DNA of 63,570 nucleotides, the filler included, from Thraustochytrium aureum (lineage: Eukaryota), in the NCBI GenBank assembly GCA_012862495.1. It is 6 parts of 2 records of this genome, joined end to end, with 100 filler letters (N's around TTAATTAATTAA, not from the genome) between each part and the next. Parts side by side here need not be neighbours in the genome. Positions count along the whole stretch, not along the records: positions 7,606 to 25,876 come from BLSG01000154.1; 5 more parts are not named here. The stretch is one strand, 5' to 3'. Below, one piece after another: positions 11,508 to 22,844 of this stretch; the stretch's first letter is position 1, and each line of letters starts with the position of its first letter. The position numbers were made by a program, and so were the translations under genes. The notes under the pieces were generated by a model, which saw only the letters and a list, made by a program, of their open reading frames with translations, had not been told where the DNA came from and ran no database searches.

Positions 11508-11923
11508 ATGGCCGCGATGGAGGTGCATGACGGCGCGGCGATGGCCGGCGCCCAGGCGGAGGCCGCTGCCGTCGAGGCGACGATCGGCAACCTGGATGCG
11601 GCGGAGCAGATGCTCGGGCGAGATGGGTGGAGACTGCCGCAGGGACTTTGGAGCACCTGGAGGGGCTGGGGATCGGGAAAAGGCCTGACGGCCAGCTCCT
11701 TGCCGCGAACAACGTTGCTATGCTCGGCAAGCTCGACCTGGTGCACGACAGGCTGACGAGGGAGATTCCGAATCTGGTCAAGTACATCCCGTTCGAGCGG
11801 TCCTCGTACGGGCAGCGGAAAGACGCCGAGATCGCCGCGCAAAAGCTCAGCTTTGCACATGACTTTCTGCTCGAGACCCTTGCCCAACTCCCAACAGCGG
11901 GCGAGGGCTCTCTGCCGGCTTGA
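11508..11923 (+). CDS. Small hypothetical protein, probable frameshift near 11620
   Basis: MAAMEVHDGAAM...EQMLGRDG joins VETAAGTLEHLEG...LLETLAQLPTAGEGSLPA. Protein-like composition and GC3-rich codons; no family recognised. Confidence 0.35.
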
Positions 11924-12235
11924 CAAAGAACTCTAGAGATGCACAGGCAGGCTACTTGGAAAAGCGGGCAGAGCTAGCCCCCCGCCAAAAAAGAAATAAA
12001 CGCAGGTATAGCCAGCCCACTGGGGAACGAGAGCAAAGCCAGCTTCCTTANNNNNNNNNNNNNNNNNNNNNNNNNNNNNNNNNNNNNNNNNNNNNNNNNN
12101 NNNNNNNNNNNNNNNNNNNNNNNNNNNNNNNNNNNNNNNNNNNNNNNNNNNNNNNNNNNNNNNNNNNNNNNNNNNNNNNNNNNNNNNNNNNNNNAGCTTC
12201 CTTATTTGGTAGTCTTCATTGTGGCGCGAGTCGCT

Positions 12236-13798
12236 TCACGGCGGCGCAGCCGGCTCCACAAGTTTGACACCGATGAGCATGTCCCGCGTGATCAAGCGCG
12301 CCAAGTCCTCCTCGGTGCTACTCGAGACGTCCAAGCCGGGCGGCGGCGCAGGAATGACCATATAGCGGCAGTCTGCTGTGCTGTCGTGCACGTGCACGCG
12401 CACATCCGAGCCGAGCGCGACGCCAAACTCGGCGAGGACCTTGCGCGGCTCGCGTACAGCGCGCGATCGAAACGACCGCGACTTGTACCACGCCGGAGAG
12501 GGCCCAAGCAAGCCGGTCGGATAGCAGCTGCAAAGCGTGCACACGATAAGATTGTGCGACGTCTCGCTATTCATCACCGCCACAAGCTGCGTCGCGGCGT
12601 GCGGGTTGCTCGCCTCCAGGCCGAGCTCGCGCACCGCAACGTTCGCGTCCTGGAGAAGTAGCTCTCGAAACCGCTCGTCCTTCCACGCTCGCGCTACAAT
12701 TCTCGCTCCGTTCTGGACGCTCCCTCGGACCTGCGCAGCTTCCATGGCGTCGCGCAACTCTTGCCGCGTAACCACGCCCTTTGCGACAAGCGCTTCAATG
12801 AGGCCGTTGGCGATTTGCTCATCTGCTGAAGCGGGGCCCTCCAGATCGACGGCGCGCTGCTCCACGACGCTTCGCTCCTCGTGCACGTGGTCCATGGCGG
12901 GGTCAAGCCTATGGTCGTGCTGATCATGATCATGGCCGTCGCCGTGATCATGGTGATCATGGTGATCATGATGGTGGTGGTGGTCATGGTGCTGATGGCG
13001 GTGATGGTCGTTTCGACACGAAAGTTCTTTTGCTTTGGCAGCGTTCTCGCGCTGTGCTTGGAGCTCAAGTCTCGTCGCCGGCTCGAGCCACGTATGGAAA
13101 ATCTCGACGTCCACAGTGTCCTGAGGCTCGCCGTCGTAGTCCTGCCAGACGTCGCCTTGCTGGAATCGAACGCGGTAAAGCGGCTGGCGCGCGGCGTCCT
13201 CGCGGAAGGCGAGCAGGTGCGGGGGTGCAAAGCTCCCGACATGTCGCTCCACCTCGCCAATCATCCCAAATATGTACCCTGGCGTGCGGAGGTGCGGCTT
13301 CCGAAACATGGTGCGAAAGGTTTCGTGGCGCACTCTGACGCAGTCACCCGCTGCAAACAGCTGGGTACTCTGCTCGCGTGCCTCGTCTGGCGCGATATAG
13401 TCGACCGTTTCTTGGTGCGTCAGCACGCCGCGCTCGAGAAGCACGAGCGTGATCGACCGCGCCCACTTGCCATAGTACGTCGCGCTCTCGAACACTTGCT
13501 CTGGCAGCTGCTCAATCCCGCGGCGCATCTCGTCCACCGTGAACAAGTGCTTTCTGGCCAGGACAGCGACCAAGCTGTGCACCTGCCTTTCCCAGTGCGC
13601 CATCGGGGTATCCACAGCGCGCTCCGCGTCGAGGTCCCCGAACAGCTCTCGGCATCCTCCAGCATCATGCGGCCCGAGAGCGCCCGGCGTCGCGCGTCCG
13701 CTAGCCAGCCGCGCCAGCCCAGTCCAGCGCGTCGTGCGCACAAGCCCAAACGATGGCACAGTCCTGGCGACAGCGCCTCGGTAGCTTCCAGCCCACAT
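12236..13798 (-). CDS. Fused beta-alpha nitrile hydratase, cobalt type, with His-rich linker
   Basis: Beta part: HDAGG, WERQV, DEMRRGIE, YYGKW, HLRTPGYIFG, LYRVRF, VEIFHTWLEP. His-rich linker. Alpha part: GARIVARAWKD, NLIVCTLCSCYP, PAWYKS, RSRAVREPRKVLAEFG, VHDSTADCRYMVIP. Confidence 0.96.
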   Translation of the reverse strand: MWAGSYRGAVARTVPSFGLVRTTRWTGLARLASGRATPGALGPHDAGGCRELFGDLDAERAVDTPMAHWERQVHSLVAVLARKHLFTVDEMRRGIEQLPEQVFESATYYGKWARSITLVLLERGVLTHQETVDYIAPDEAREQSTQLFAAGDCVRVRHETFRTMFRKPHLRTPGYIFGMIGEVERHVGSFAPPHLLAFREDAARQPLYRVRFQQGDVWQDYDGEPQDTVDVEIFHTWLEPATRLELQAQRENAAKAKELSCRNDHHRHQHHDHHHHHDHHDHHDHGDGHDHDQHDHRLDPAMDHVHEERSVVEQRAVDLEGPASADEQIANGLIEALVAKGVVTRQELRDAMEAAQVRGSVQNGARIVARAWKDERFRELLLQDANVAVRELGLEASNPHAATQLVAVMNSETSHNLIVCTLCSCYPTGLLGPSPAWYKSRSFRSRAVREPRKVLAEFGVALGSDVRVHVHDSTADCRYMVIPAPPPGLDVSSSTEEDLARLITRDMLIGVKLVEPAAPP

Positions 13799-13811
13799 GG
13801 TCCACGTGGTC

Positions 13812-13813
<2 letters not shown>

Positions 13814-13848
<35 letters not shown>
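13814..13848. repeat. (CCTG)n/(CAGG)n microsatellite just upstream of the NHase start
   Basis: Visible directly. Confidence 0.9.
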
Positions 13849-14916
13849 CGTTTGCTCTGCTGGCTGGCGTCCAGGAGCCCTGCTCGGCTCCGGCCGCCGC
13901 ACTTGGGACGCCGAGTTGCAGGTCTGCCACGACCACAACACGATACGAGCTTCACTCCGCGAGTTGGTCGGGCGGCTGCAGATCGACGATGCCGCTGGCG
14001 AGCGCCGCTTTGGCCTGATGATGGCGAGCGCCACGCCGGGTTGGCCGGGAGTCCCACCCGGTTTGCGAGGCAGCTAGCTAGCTACGTTTGGCGAGGACGA
14101 GGACGGCATGATGTGCACCGGTGAGAGCTTTTTGTTACCTTACCGCAGGCCTACTCTGCAGCGCTCGGTCGAATCCTTGCGGCGTGCGCCGTTGAACTCT
14201 CGATCACCGCCCGCGGATGCGCTGCGGCGCGTCCAAGTTCGGCCTTCCGAGCTTGCCAGCAGAATCCGACGAGAGTGCTGTTTTGCCCAGGCGCTCGTCT
14301 GCCCTTGCGTCTCTACTCAAAGCTCGAGAGCAAGAGATCGCTGCGCGCTACGCGCAAGTCGAGCAGTGCCGAGAGGTCCTCGAGCGAGCACGTGCGCGCA
14401 CGGTACTGTGCTTTTTAAAAGAAAGCATTGCGTCCAAAGCCTGGACGTTCTGGACAACCCAAAAAATCGTAACTGCGACCAGCACGGCGTGCATGCTGAG
14501 ACAGAAACGAAGATAAGAGCCCGCATCGCGTTCGCCGCCACCCCTACATAAAAATAGATGGATAGATAGCGGCGTTTCCTGGTGGCTCTGACACGCGCCA
14601 ATCGTTCGTTGCACCTCAACCTCCATGCAGACCTTCTCGGTAGCACGTACACGGGCAACCACCTGCAAGCCGAGACTCGAGGCATTCACGAGCAGCCGTG
14701 GAGCAGCGCGAGCCACCCGTGGGGCGAAGCTCGTCTGAACAGTTCGGCCTGGGGGCCTGGGACAGTTTCGCAGCATGCCAGAAATCCGTTGCGCAAGTCT
14801 CGCGCTTGAAGCAGGTCACGCTCGTGTCGCTGCTGCGCAGAGACCCGACGCGTGGAAGCTCGCGGCACTAGGGCTGCGTTGATCGCTCGAAGGCGTTTTG
14901 GCGAGTTTCGCAGAGC

Positions 14917-15378
14917 ATGGCGATGGACGCGGTCATGCTCGCGCAGGTGTTCCAGTCGCAGGCCAACAAGAACGGCCAAGTCGAAGCGAGCGCGCTGCCG
15001 AAAATGCTACGATGCTGCGGGTTTGCGCTGACCGCCGAGGAGTTGATAAAGGTGCAGCGGACTGTGACCAAAGGCAGCAAGGTTCTCACGCAAAGCGATT
15101 TTGCAGAGGCGGTTCGCGTGGCGGAGCGCGAAGGCGGGGACGCCAAGGTAGAGGCGATCGAAGCGCTGAAAGGATTCGGCAGGCTTCGAGGCATCGAGTC
15201 GGACTTTATCTCGCTGGACGACCTGCGGAGCGCGCTGACGAGGGTAGGCGTTGGCCCGGTGGACTCTGAAGAGTTTGCAGCAATCCTCCACGCGATAGAG
15301 TCTAAAAAGGTAGAGCGCAACGCCCGCGGAGACGTCAACATCCGCAGCTTTGTGGAGCGCGTGCTTCTGATGTTCTAG
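14917..15378 (+). CDS. Calmodulin/centrin-like EF-hand protein (degenerate)
   Basis: 153 aa with calmodulin-like spacing: NKNGQVEASALPKMLRCCG, FISLDDLRSALT, NARGDVNIRSFVE. Confidence 0.65.
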   Translation: MAMDAVMLAQVFQSQANKNGQVEASALPKMLRCCGFALTAEELIKVQRTVTKGSKVLTQSDFAEAVRVAEREGGDAKVEAIEALKGFGRLRGIESDFISLDDLRSALTRVGVGPVDSEEFAAILHAIESKKVERNARGDVNIRSFVERVLLMF

Positions 15379-15527
15379 CTAGTGCAAACTCTCGAGTGAC
15401 AGCGCAGAGCGTGGCGTAGTAACGCACCAAGAACATCGAGTAGATCAGCTTTTTTAACTTTTAGCGCTGCGCTGCGCAGTATCACACTCACCACACAGTT
15501 CTTTCTCCCCGGCAAGGCTCGCAAACT

Positions 15528-18500
15528 CTAGAGTGTCGTCGGGACTGCGACCGAGGCCCGCTGCCGCAGCAGCGCCTGGTGCGATTTGTCGCGGTTGAGG
15601 GCCGACTTGTTGCCGTTCCTATCGAAGATGCTTGGATGCCAGATCATGAGCCGCAGGCACAGTGCGAGCTTGCGGTGAAACCCGGGGCCTTGGCCTCCAT
15701 TCCGCGGCGTGCGCGCGGCATCTGCATCGTCCTCGTTTCCCTCCCCCTCATCATCCTCATCCCCGTCTTCGTCTTCCCCGTCGGTCTCTTCCTCGCTGTC
15801 CGTGTCAAGATGGTCAAATTTCTCCTTGTCGTCGTCCTGGTAGTCGTTGCTGAAGAACGAGTTGCGCTCGAACGCAGAGGCGCCAATCTTGTCCTTGCTC
15901 CCGGCGCTCGCTTCGAGCGCCAAGGACGCCTGCGCCGCGGCAGCGGTGGCGCCTTTCGGCTGGACGCCAAAGTCTCGCTCGCATGAACGCACGAGGCGTT
16001 GTAGCGCGAGGCCGTTGCACAGGAAAGCGACTCGAGCGATAGCCTCGAGGAACTCGACAAAGGCGATGGTCAGGTGGGCGTCGCCGTTCATCTCGTCGAT
16101 GACGCTGATCATCGCGAGCCTGTACGAGAGCTTGGCATCGCGCTCAGTCCCGCCGCCTCTACCTAGGAGCCCGCAGGCGCCGAGCGTTGCTTTCCAGGCC
16201 TGGACGCTCATGCGCTTGTTCTTGCGGTTCATCTTGGCGTCCGCGTTGCGGTTGAAAATGTGGAGCAACACGGTGTTGTACGGGCGCATCAGGCTGTCCG
16301 TCTTTTGCGTCCACAGAAAGCGCTCGCGAAACACTTGGGGGTTTTCGATGTCGAGGTTGGGAATGAAGTGCTCGTCGATGAGCCGGCGCACGGCCTCTGC
16401 AGGCGTGGTGGCCGGCTCTTCACCGCGCGCGAACTTGCGCACCGCGACGCGGGCCATGATCTCAACAAACTCGAAGCGGCACAAGTCGCGGTCCGGGTTG
16501 AGCTGCTTGCCGCCGCCCGTGTCAACCTCGACAACTGTGGCTTCGCCCTCGTTCACGTTGGTGGCCACAAAAATGTTGTCCAGGTCGGCTATGGTGCAGG
16601 TGGCGTCGGGGATGTTGCAGGCCTGGCAGAGCTCGTTGAACGCGTTCCACGAGACGGAGCTGACAGAGACGCCCACCGAGTTGGCGCAAAAGATGGTGTA
16701 GACAAAGCGCAGGAGGTTGTAGTTTTCCTGGAGCACCAAGAGCATCTCGAAGCGCTGCTGGTCGTCCTTGACGAACTTGTGGAACTTGCCGTGCTTGCAG
16801 TCTGCCTGGAACGACTTGACGATAAAGTCGGTTGTTTCGACTGGGTAGGCGGCAAAGATGCCCATGCTCTTGTCCCAGTTCTTGTCCGACTGGGCGTCGC
16901 GCTGCGCCAGCGGCGAGACGCGCGGCCGGGCCTGCATGTCGCGGGGGAGTCTGCGCTCGACGCGCTCCACGACGCTCAAAGCATGGAGGCGGAGCTCTCC
17001 GGCGTCTCCGGTTGTCGTCGCCGAGGTCGAGGCTTTAGACGCAGAGTCATTGGGCAGGTTGTCGCGGCCGCGCCACAAGAACGGGCGGTGGCGTGTGTTG
17101 GTCTTGCGCGCGTATTCGGCGAAGAAGGCGGACGACTTGTCAGAGGCGATCAGGGTGTGCTGGTGCGGCGCAAGGACGGCGTGCTTGCCCCCCACACAGA
17201 AAAAGAACTCGCAAGGCCCCGGGGGGAGCATGACGTGGGCTTCGTAGCGAAAGTCGCCCTTGACGTAGTGCATCTTGCGGGGCCGCGAGAAGCGGTCGCA
17301 GCTGAGGAAGACGGTCACCTCAAGCGGCGGCGGCACCTTGGCCTTGGGGGGCGGCTTGCGCGAGACCTTTTGCTTGGACGGGTTGTTCTTCAGCTGCAAC
17401 TCGGCGAGCTCCTTGTCGCGCTGACGCTGTTGTTCTGCCTCGACTTGCTGCACAATGGCCATCTCGGCAGACGCATAGTCGACAAATTCGAGGCGAACCT
17501 CGCGCCAGCGGCCACAGATCCAGCACGCGTCGACTTCTGCGCTCGTGTGGTGGGTGGAAAGGAGGCGCGGCTCTTGGGCCCGAAATACGGGCGCTTCGGG
17601 CTTGTCGCTCGCGCCGGCGTCATGTTCGGCTTCTGTTTGCAGGTCGACAGCGGCCTGCTCGCCCCCGCTCACGCTCGATTGGAGGTCAGGCTTGCGCGCA
17701 GCGGGCCGAATGACGCGCGCTAGAGAGGAGATAGCCACGACCGCGGAGCGAAATGTCTTGAAGCGGCGCACCGACGCGGCCGGCGCGGTACTCTGCTCCG
17801 TTTTGGGGGCCTGTGGTGGCCGAATAGGGCCGCCAAGGCCTGGCGCAGGGGGCGCCAAGGCCGGGGTCTCCTCTGCGTCTTTGGTAATAGTTGCGGGTCC
17901 TGCTTTCGTGGGCCGCCGTGCGAGGACCATTGAGGACAGGCGGCCGCCCGCGCGCGAGACAAAGGTCTTCGAGTTGATCGCCTTGGTCCAGCGTGAGGCG
18001 GCTTGGCTCGAGCCCGCCACGAGAGCGCAGATGGACGAGGTCTCGTCGGTCAGGCGCTTGTGCCCCGGAATAGTGTTGGGGTGAGACCTCGCCCGTGCTA
18101 GCAGGAATCCGGACGGGCTAACCGCGAAGGCGTTCCCGCCCATGTGTAGGCCGAGGAGGGTGTGGTTGAGGTTGAGGCCGCCGGAGAGCGTCTTGCACTG
18201 CTCCTTGTCGAGGCCGTTGAAAGACAAGTCCAGGTGCGTGAGGGCCTTGTTCTTGGCAAGCGCGCGCGACAGGGCCTCCACGGCGTTGCCGAGGACGTTC
18301 CAGCGGAGATCGAGGGTCTGCAGGTGCAAGTTGCGCTCCAGGCCCTTGAACAGGGCGGCCGCGGTCTTGCCAGAAAAGCTGTTCCAGGCCAGATTCAAGC
18401 CGACGAGCGATGTGTTGGCGGCAAGCATGGCGCCCAAGGCTTCGCCGCAGCGCGCCCCCAGCCCGTTGTCGCAGAGGTGGAGGACGCGCAAGCATGTGCC

Positions 18501-19774
18501 CCGTTTCTTGAGCGCGGTGCAGATCGGCTCGAGCNNNNNNNNNNNNNNNNNNNNNNNNNNNNNNNNNNNNNNNNNNNNNNNNNNNNNNNNNNNNNNNNNN
18601 NNNNNNNNNNNNNNNNNNNNNNNNNNNNNNNNNNNGTTTTGTTGAGCACGAGCAAGCGCAGTGACTTTGCATTGAGTAAGAGGGCGGCGAGAGCGCGCGC
18701 GCCCTCTACGCCGATGGTGTTGTGGCTGAGGTCGAGCGAGCGCAATCGCGAGCTGTGCAGCTTGCGCGCAATGGCCGCTACGACAGTGTCAGAGAGGCGG
18801 TTGTCGCGCAGGTCGATGTGGCGGAGGCGCGGCATCGCTTGTAGAGCGTGGGCAAGGGCGCGAGCGTGGCGGTCGCCGAGCCCAAAGTGGCGCATGCTCA
18901 GCGTGGCCGGGGCCTCGCCGCGCGTGAGCCCCAGCGGCTCTGGCGCGACTTGCTCGTCAAGGCAGTGCAACAAGTATGCGGTGCGCGGCGAGTGGTGCTC
19001 TGGAATTTCGCCCCGCTTGTCCTGGCAGGAGCGCTCGTGGAGGTTGTGGTACAGCTTGTAGAGCTTGGCTTTCCCCGACTCCTTGTTGGTTAGGTCGGGG
19101 CGCTCGAGCCTGGCGCGCAGGGCCCGACTCGGCAGTGCGACGCGGAGGCCGCGGCGCAGGGCCCGCTCGTCCTCGCTGTCCATGTCGCGGCCCACGCCCG
19201 GCAGGTGGCGTTTCGGGTCTTCTCTTGCTGCGCGTTCAAATTCGAGCCTGGCCAGCTCGTCGGCGTCGCGCTCGCGTTGGTCTATTTGGGCTGCGAGCTC
19301 TTGGCTTTCAGGCCAGATGGGTTCTGTGATGTGGCCCAGCATGCGGGCCTCGAAGTTTGGCTGGCTGAACTGCTCGAGCAGCGCGCGAATCTTGGCTTGA
19401 GCGCGCGACCCTTCTTCCTCGGCGGCCAGGCCTTGGTCGGCAGCTTTGCCGAGCTTGGCTAGGCGCTGAAGCTTGCTGCGGCGGGCCGACTTGTTGAGGG
19501 ACCGGAAGGTGTCGTATCGGCTGTGTTGGAGTGCGACTCGGGCGAGTGTGTGCTCGTCGAGCGCCGCGTGGTCTGCCTTGTGTTGGCCCTCCTGGAGGAG
19601 CAAGCCCGCGAGCCCTCCGATGCCATCGTCTTCCCCCTTGGCGCGCTTTGAGCGCTGCTCGAGTCGTAGCAAGAGGCGTGCCTCGTCTGCGTCAATCACG
19701 TTCTGCTTGGCCGTGGCCACTCCTGTGTTGAGCTGGTACTGCCAGTGGCTCATGCGCCGCTGTCGCGGTATCAT
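15528..19774 (-). CDS. Large LRR (RNI-like) protein with a central CBM48/AMPK-beta-like motif and C-terminal helical/EF-like region; interrupted by gap 18535-18635
   Basis: Repeats LRHIDLRDNRLSD, LRSLDLSHNTIG, LVGLNLAWNSF, LQTLDLRWNVLG, LTHLDLSFNGL. CWICGRWREV followed by YEAHVMLPPGPCEFFFCVGG. C-terminal LCRFEFVEIMARVA and FVEFLEAIARVA. Start codon uncertain. Confidence 0.75.
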
Positions 19775-20189
19775 CGTTCGCCCCGCTCCCGTGGCCGCAG
19801 CCGGCCCGCTCTGCTGGGACGCGAGCAAGTCTCCGCCGCTCTCGCGTTTTCGGCAAAGTAGTAGTGCCAAATCGCCCAAAATGCGTTACAGCACGATCGT
19901 TTCGCAGGCTCCGCGCCAGGGAGCCGTTCGCGTACGAGACCGCGGCGCGAGATTCGGCTGCTGCGTGCCTTTCGGGCGCGTTTCTTGTAGGGGATTGCGT
20001 GGCGCGGCGGTGATGGGCTGGAGTGCAGTGGATTGGAGTGGAATCGTTGGATGCCTGACTTGGCTGCCGTGGCTCGCGGTGGGCCGGCCCTTGTGGTCCT
20101 TGCACTTCGCCTCCGACGGACGGACGTTGCAAGAGGCTCCCGGAGAAGATCGTGCGTGCCGTCCGTCATCGATGATGATCACCTGGCTG

Positions 20190-20405
20190 GCCATCCAGCG
20201 ATCCAGCGATCCAGCGATGTGGCACGCCATCCACGTGATGTGGCACGCCATGCAGGGCTGCGGCACGCCATGCAGGGACGTGGCACGCCATCTAGGCGAT
20301 GTTGCACGCCATCTAGGCGATGCAGCAAGCCATCCAGCAACGTGGCAAGCCATCCAGCAACGTGGCAAGCCATCCAGCGATCTACCGCTGCGCCAGGCCA
20401 TCCAG
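20190..20405. repeat. Degenerate 20-21-nt minisatellite (TGGCA[C/A]GCCATCCAGC...)
   Basis: About 8-9 contiguous units sharing the core GCA[C/A]GCCAT. Confidence 0.85.
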
Positions 20406-20903
20406 GCGGCCGCCAAGCCATGCTGCTGCACGGGGTGGAAGAAGTGCAAATACGTACTCTTGTTGGAATGAAAAAAAAAAGGAGGAACAGTGCGTGAGGG
20501 CCGAGGCCGACTCGCGACACCGACGGTCAGGCCCGCCTGCCTGGTCGGTCGCGTTGGAGGCTTGGCACGCGGGCAATGGGTTGTTCAGGATCAGGTTGGG
20601 TTGGTTCTATGCAGGGGCCTGTGGTTGATCGAAGGCGAGTCGAATATGATCTACGAGCGCTGCCGTTGGCTTCCGCAACGACGACACTCGGCGACTCTGG
20701 TCTTGGCAAGGTGGTCTCAGTTGGCTACGTCGCGGCAGTGCAGAGCGGCGCGCGGCCCGGTAGCCAGTTGGTCAGGCGGGCAGAGATGAAAGAGAAAATG
20801 GGGGCAGGCAGGTTGGCAGGTGGTGTTGCGGCCGCGAAGAGGCAAGCGAGGCGCGAGTCGGAAGCGCCTCGCTGCTCGGTGGTGTACACGAGCGTGTGCC
20901 GTC

Positions 20904-22348
20904 TTACTCGGTCTTGAGCATGAGCGCCTTGATGAAGTCAGGGTCGACGTGGACCTTGTTACTCTTGACCTTCTCGGGCTTGGGGCAGGGCAGTTTGTGG
21001 CACGAGTGAACGTGGCGGCGGAGTTCGCTGTGGCAAGCGAAAGACTTTTGGCAGGTCTGCACGGGGCAGGGAAAGGGGCGGATGTCGCTGTGCATGCGGA
21101 TGATGTGCATGCGGAGGTCCGACTGGCGCACAAAGGAGCGCGTGCAGTTGTCCGCGAGGCACTTCCAGTTCTTCGCAATGAGGTGCACGTTGCGCACGTG
21201 CAGCCGGAGGCCCTCCCCGGTGGCGTACTCCTTGCTGCAGTCCGGGAAGGTGCACTTGAACTGGTTGGGCGCGACGATGTGCGTTTGGCGGTGCTTTTGC
21301 AGCGCCTCGCTGCTCTCGAACTTTTCGAGGCAGAACTCGCAGCGCTTGCCCACCTTGTTGGCGCCCCGTTTTCGTGGAGGCGTCGTAAGCCGACTTGTCC
21401 TTGACCTGGTGCGGCGTGGCGGGGGCGACCGAGCCCGCGGCAGCGCAAGCGACTGGGGCGGCGCTGCGCTGCGCTTGCACTTGCGGGTGCGCGCTGTGCA
21501 GCGAAGCTGGGTGGCCCTTGAGCTGCATGCGGCGGCGCTGGTGGTCGTCGTGGTTGCAGGCCGCGGTCGGAGCCGAGCCCGAGGCCGGGCATGGCAGGGG
21601 CTCGAGCTTGGGGCGCGTCTGGCGCGCCTGCGCGAGCGGGCCCGCGGGGGCGATCTTGCGCTTGCGGTTTGTGGGCGACTGTTTGGTGAGGCGCGCGTTG
21701 GCCGTGTTTGCGGGCTCGGGGGTGGTCGTGGTGAGGCTCGGGCGGCGGCCGGGGAGGCCCTCGTTGAGCGAGGCGCGGTCCTCGTCTTCGTCGGCGTTGC
21801 TCTGATCCTCTTCGACCTCGGTGGCGTCCAATGCGTCCAAGTCGAGCGGATGAGGGCGCTGTGCGAGCGGCCCGGCGGCGTTGGCAGAGCCGCGCTGGCT
21901 GGCCGTTCGCTGGTTTTGGAGGGGGAAGTAGGGTGAGGCGAGCACGTCCTCCGGGCGCGAGCCGCTGAGGAGACTCCAGTGCGATCCGGCGTGTTTGAGG
22001 GTGCGCTGGTTGATGGCGGGGCTGGCCGCGTTGGAGTTGGGGCCCGAGATGTCTTTCATGTCGAGCGAGTGCATCTCGGCAGAGAAGGGCGGTAGGGAGA
22101 GCGCCGAGGAGGTTCCTGAGGCGAGCAGGTCGAGCTGCGAGAGGGTGGCTTGCACCTTGGTCTCGGGTACGAGCTCGGCGCTGACGTCGTTGAGGGAGCT
22201 GCCGAGGACGTCGAGGGCGAGGGGGTCGCAGTCGCTGCTGGCCTCTGAGACGGACCAGGTCTTCGTCGGTGTCAGCGAGGCCGGTGGCGCCGGTAAAGTT
22301 GAACTCGTCCCAGAGTTCTTTGTCCACCGAGTAGTCGCCGATCATCAT
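20904..22348 (-). CDS. C2H2 zinc-finger transcription factor (4 fingers), two apparent frameshifts (~22255, ~21365)
   Basis: CEFC...HRQTH, CTFPDC...HVRNVH, CLADNC...HIIRMH, CPVQTC...HVHSCH with an IRPF linker. Acidic N-terminus MMIGDYSVDKELWDEF. Confidence 0.85.
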
Positions 22349-22844
22349 GGTGNNNNNNNNNNNNNNNNNNNNTGGTAGTCCATGATGATGGTGCAGAGAG
22401 AGGCTCAGGGGCGTCAGTTGCCGAGGTTGCGGTTTGCGGCTTGGGGGCGGGTGGTGCCTTGCGGCGCGCGCCTTATAGCATCTACTGGGTTCTGTGCGGA
22501 ACGGGCGGCTTGCGAGCCTTCTGGCGGCCTGGCCTTTTGTCGATCGCTGATCGCGCGGCGCTTTGCGTTGTAGTTGTTGTTGCTGAGGCTGAACCGAGCA
22601 AAGAGCGCGCAGACGGCGACGGAGGCTCGGCCGGTCCTGCGCGCAATAAGCAAAATCTAAAGCGGTTGCCGACGCGGGTTCTGGCGCTCTGCGGGCGTTC
22701 GAGGTGTCGGGCTCGGCCGCAGGGCGTAACAATCTGGTCTTAGATTCGAGTCTGCGAGCGCAAGCCGCCGCCGCTCGCTGGCCTCTCCTTTTCCCGCTGC
22801 TGCAGTGGCAGAAAGGCCCATTCATTACCAGCCGCAACCACACG

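Noticed and set aside
12881..14550. Plus-strand ORFs overlapping or upstream of NHase (12881-14077, 14217-14516) as an NHase activator
   Set aside because: Mostly antisense shadow or microsatellite translation, with no CobW/P14K-like motifs. A small gene here cannot be excluded but is unsupported.
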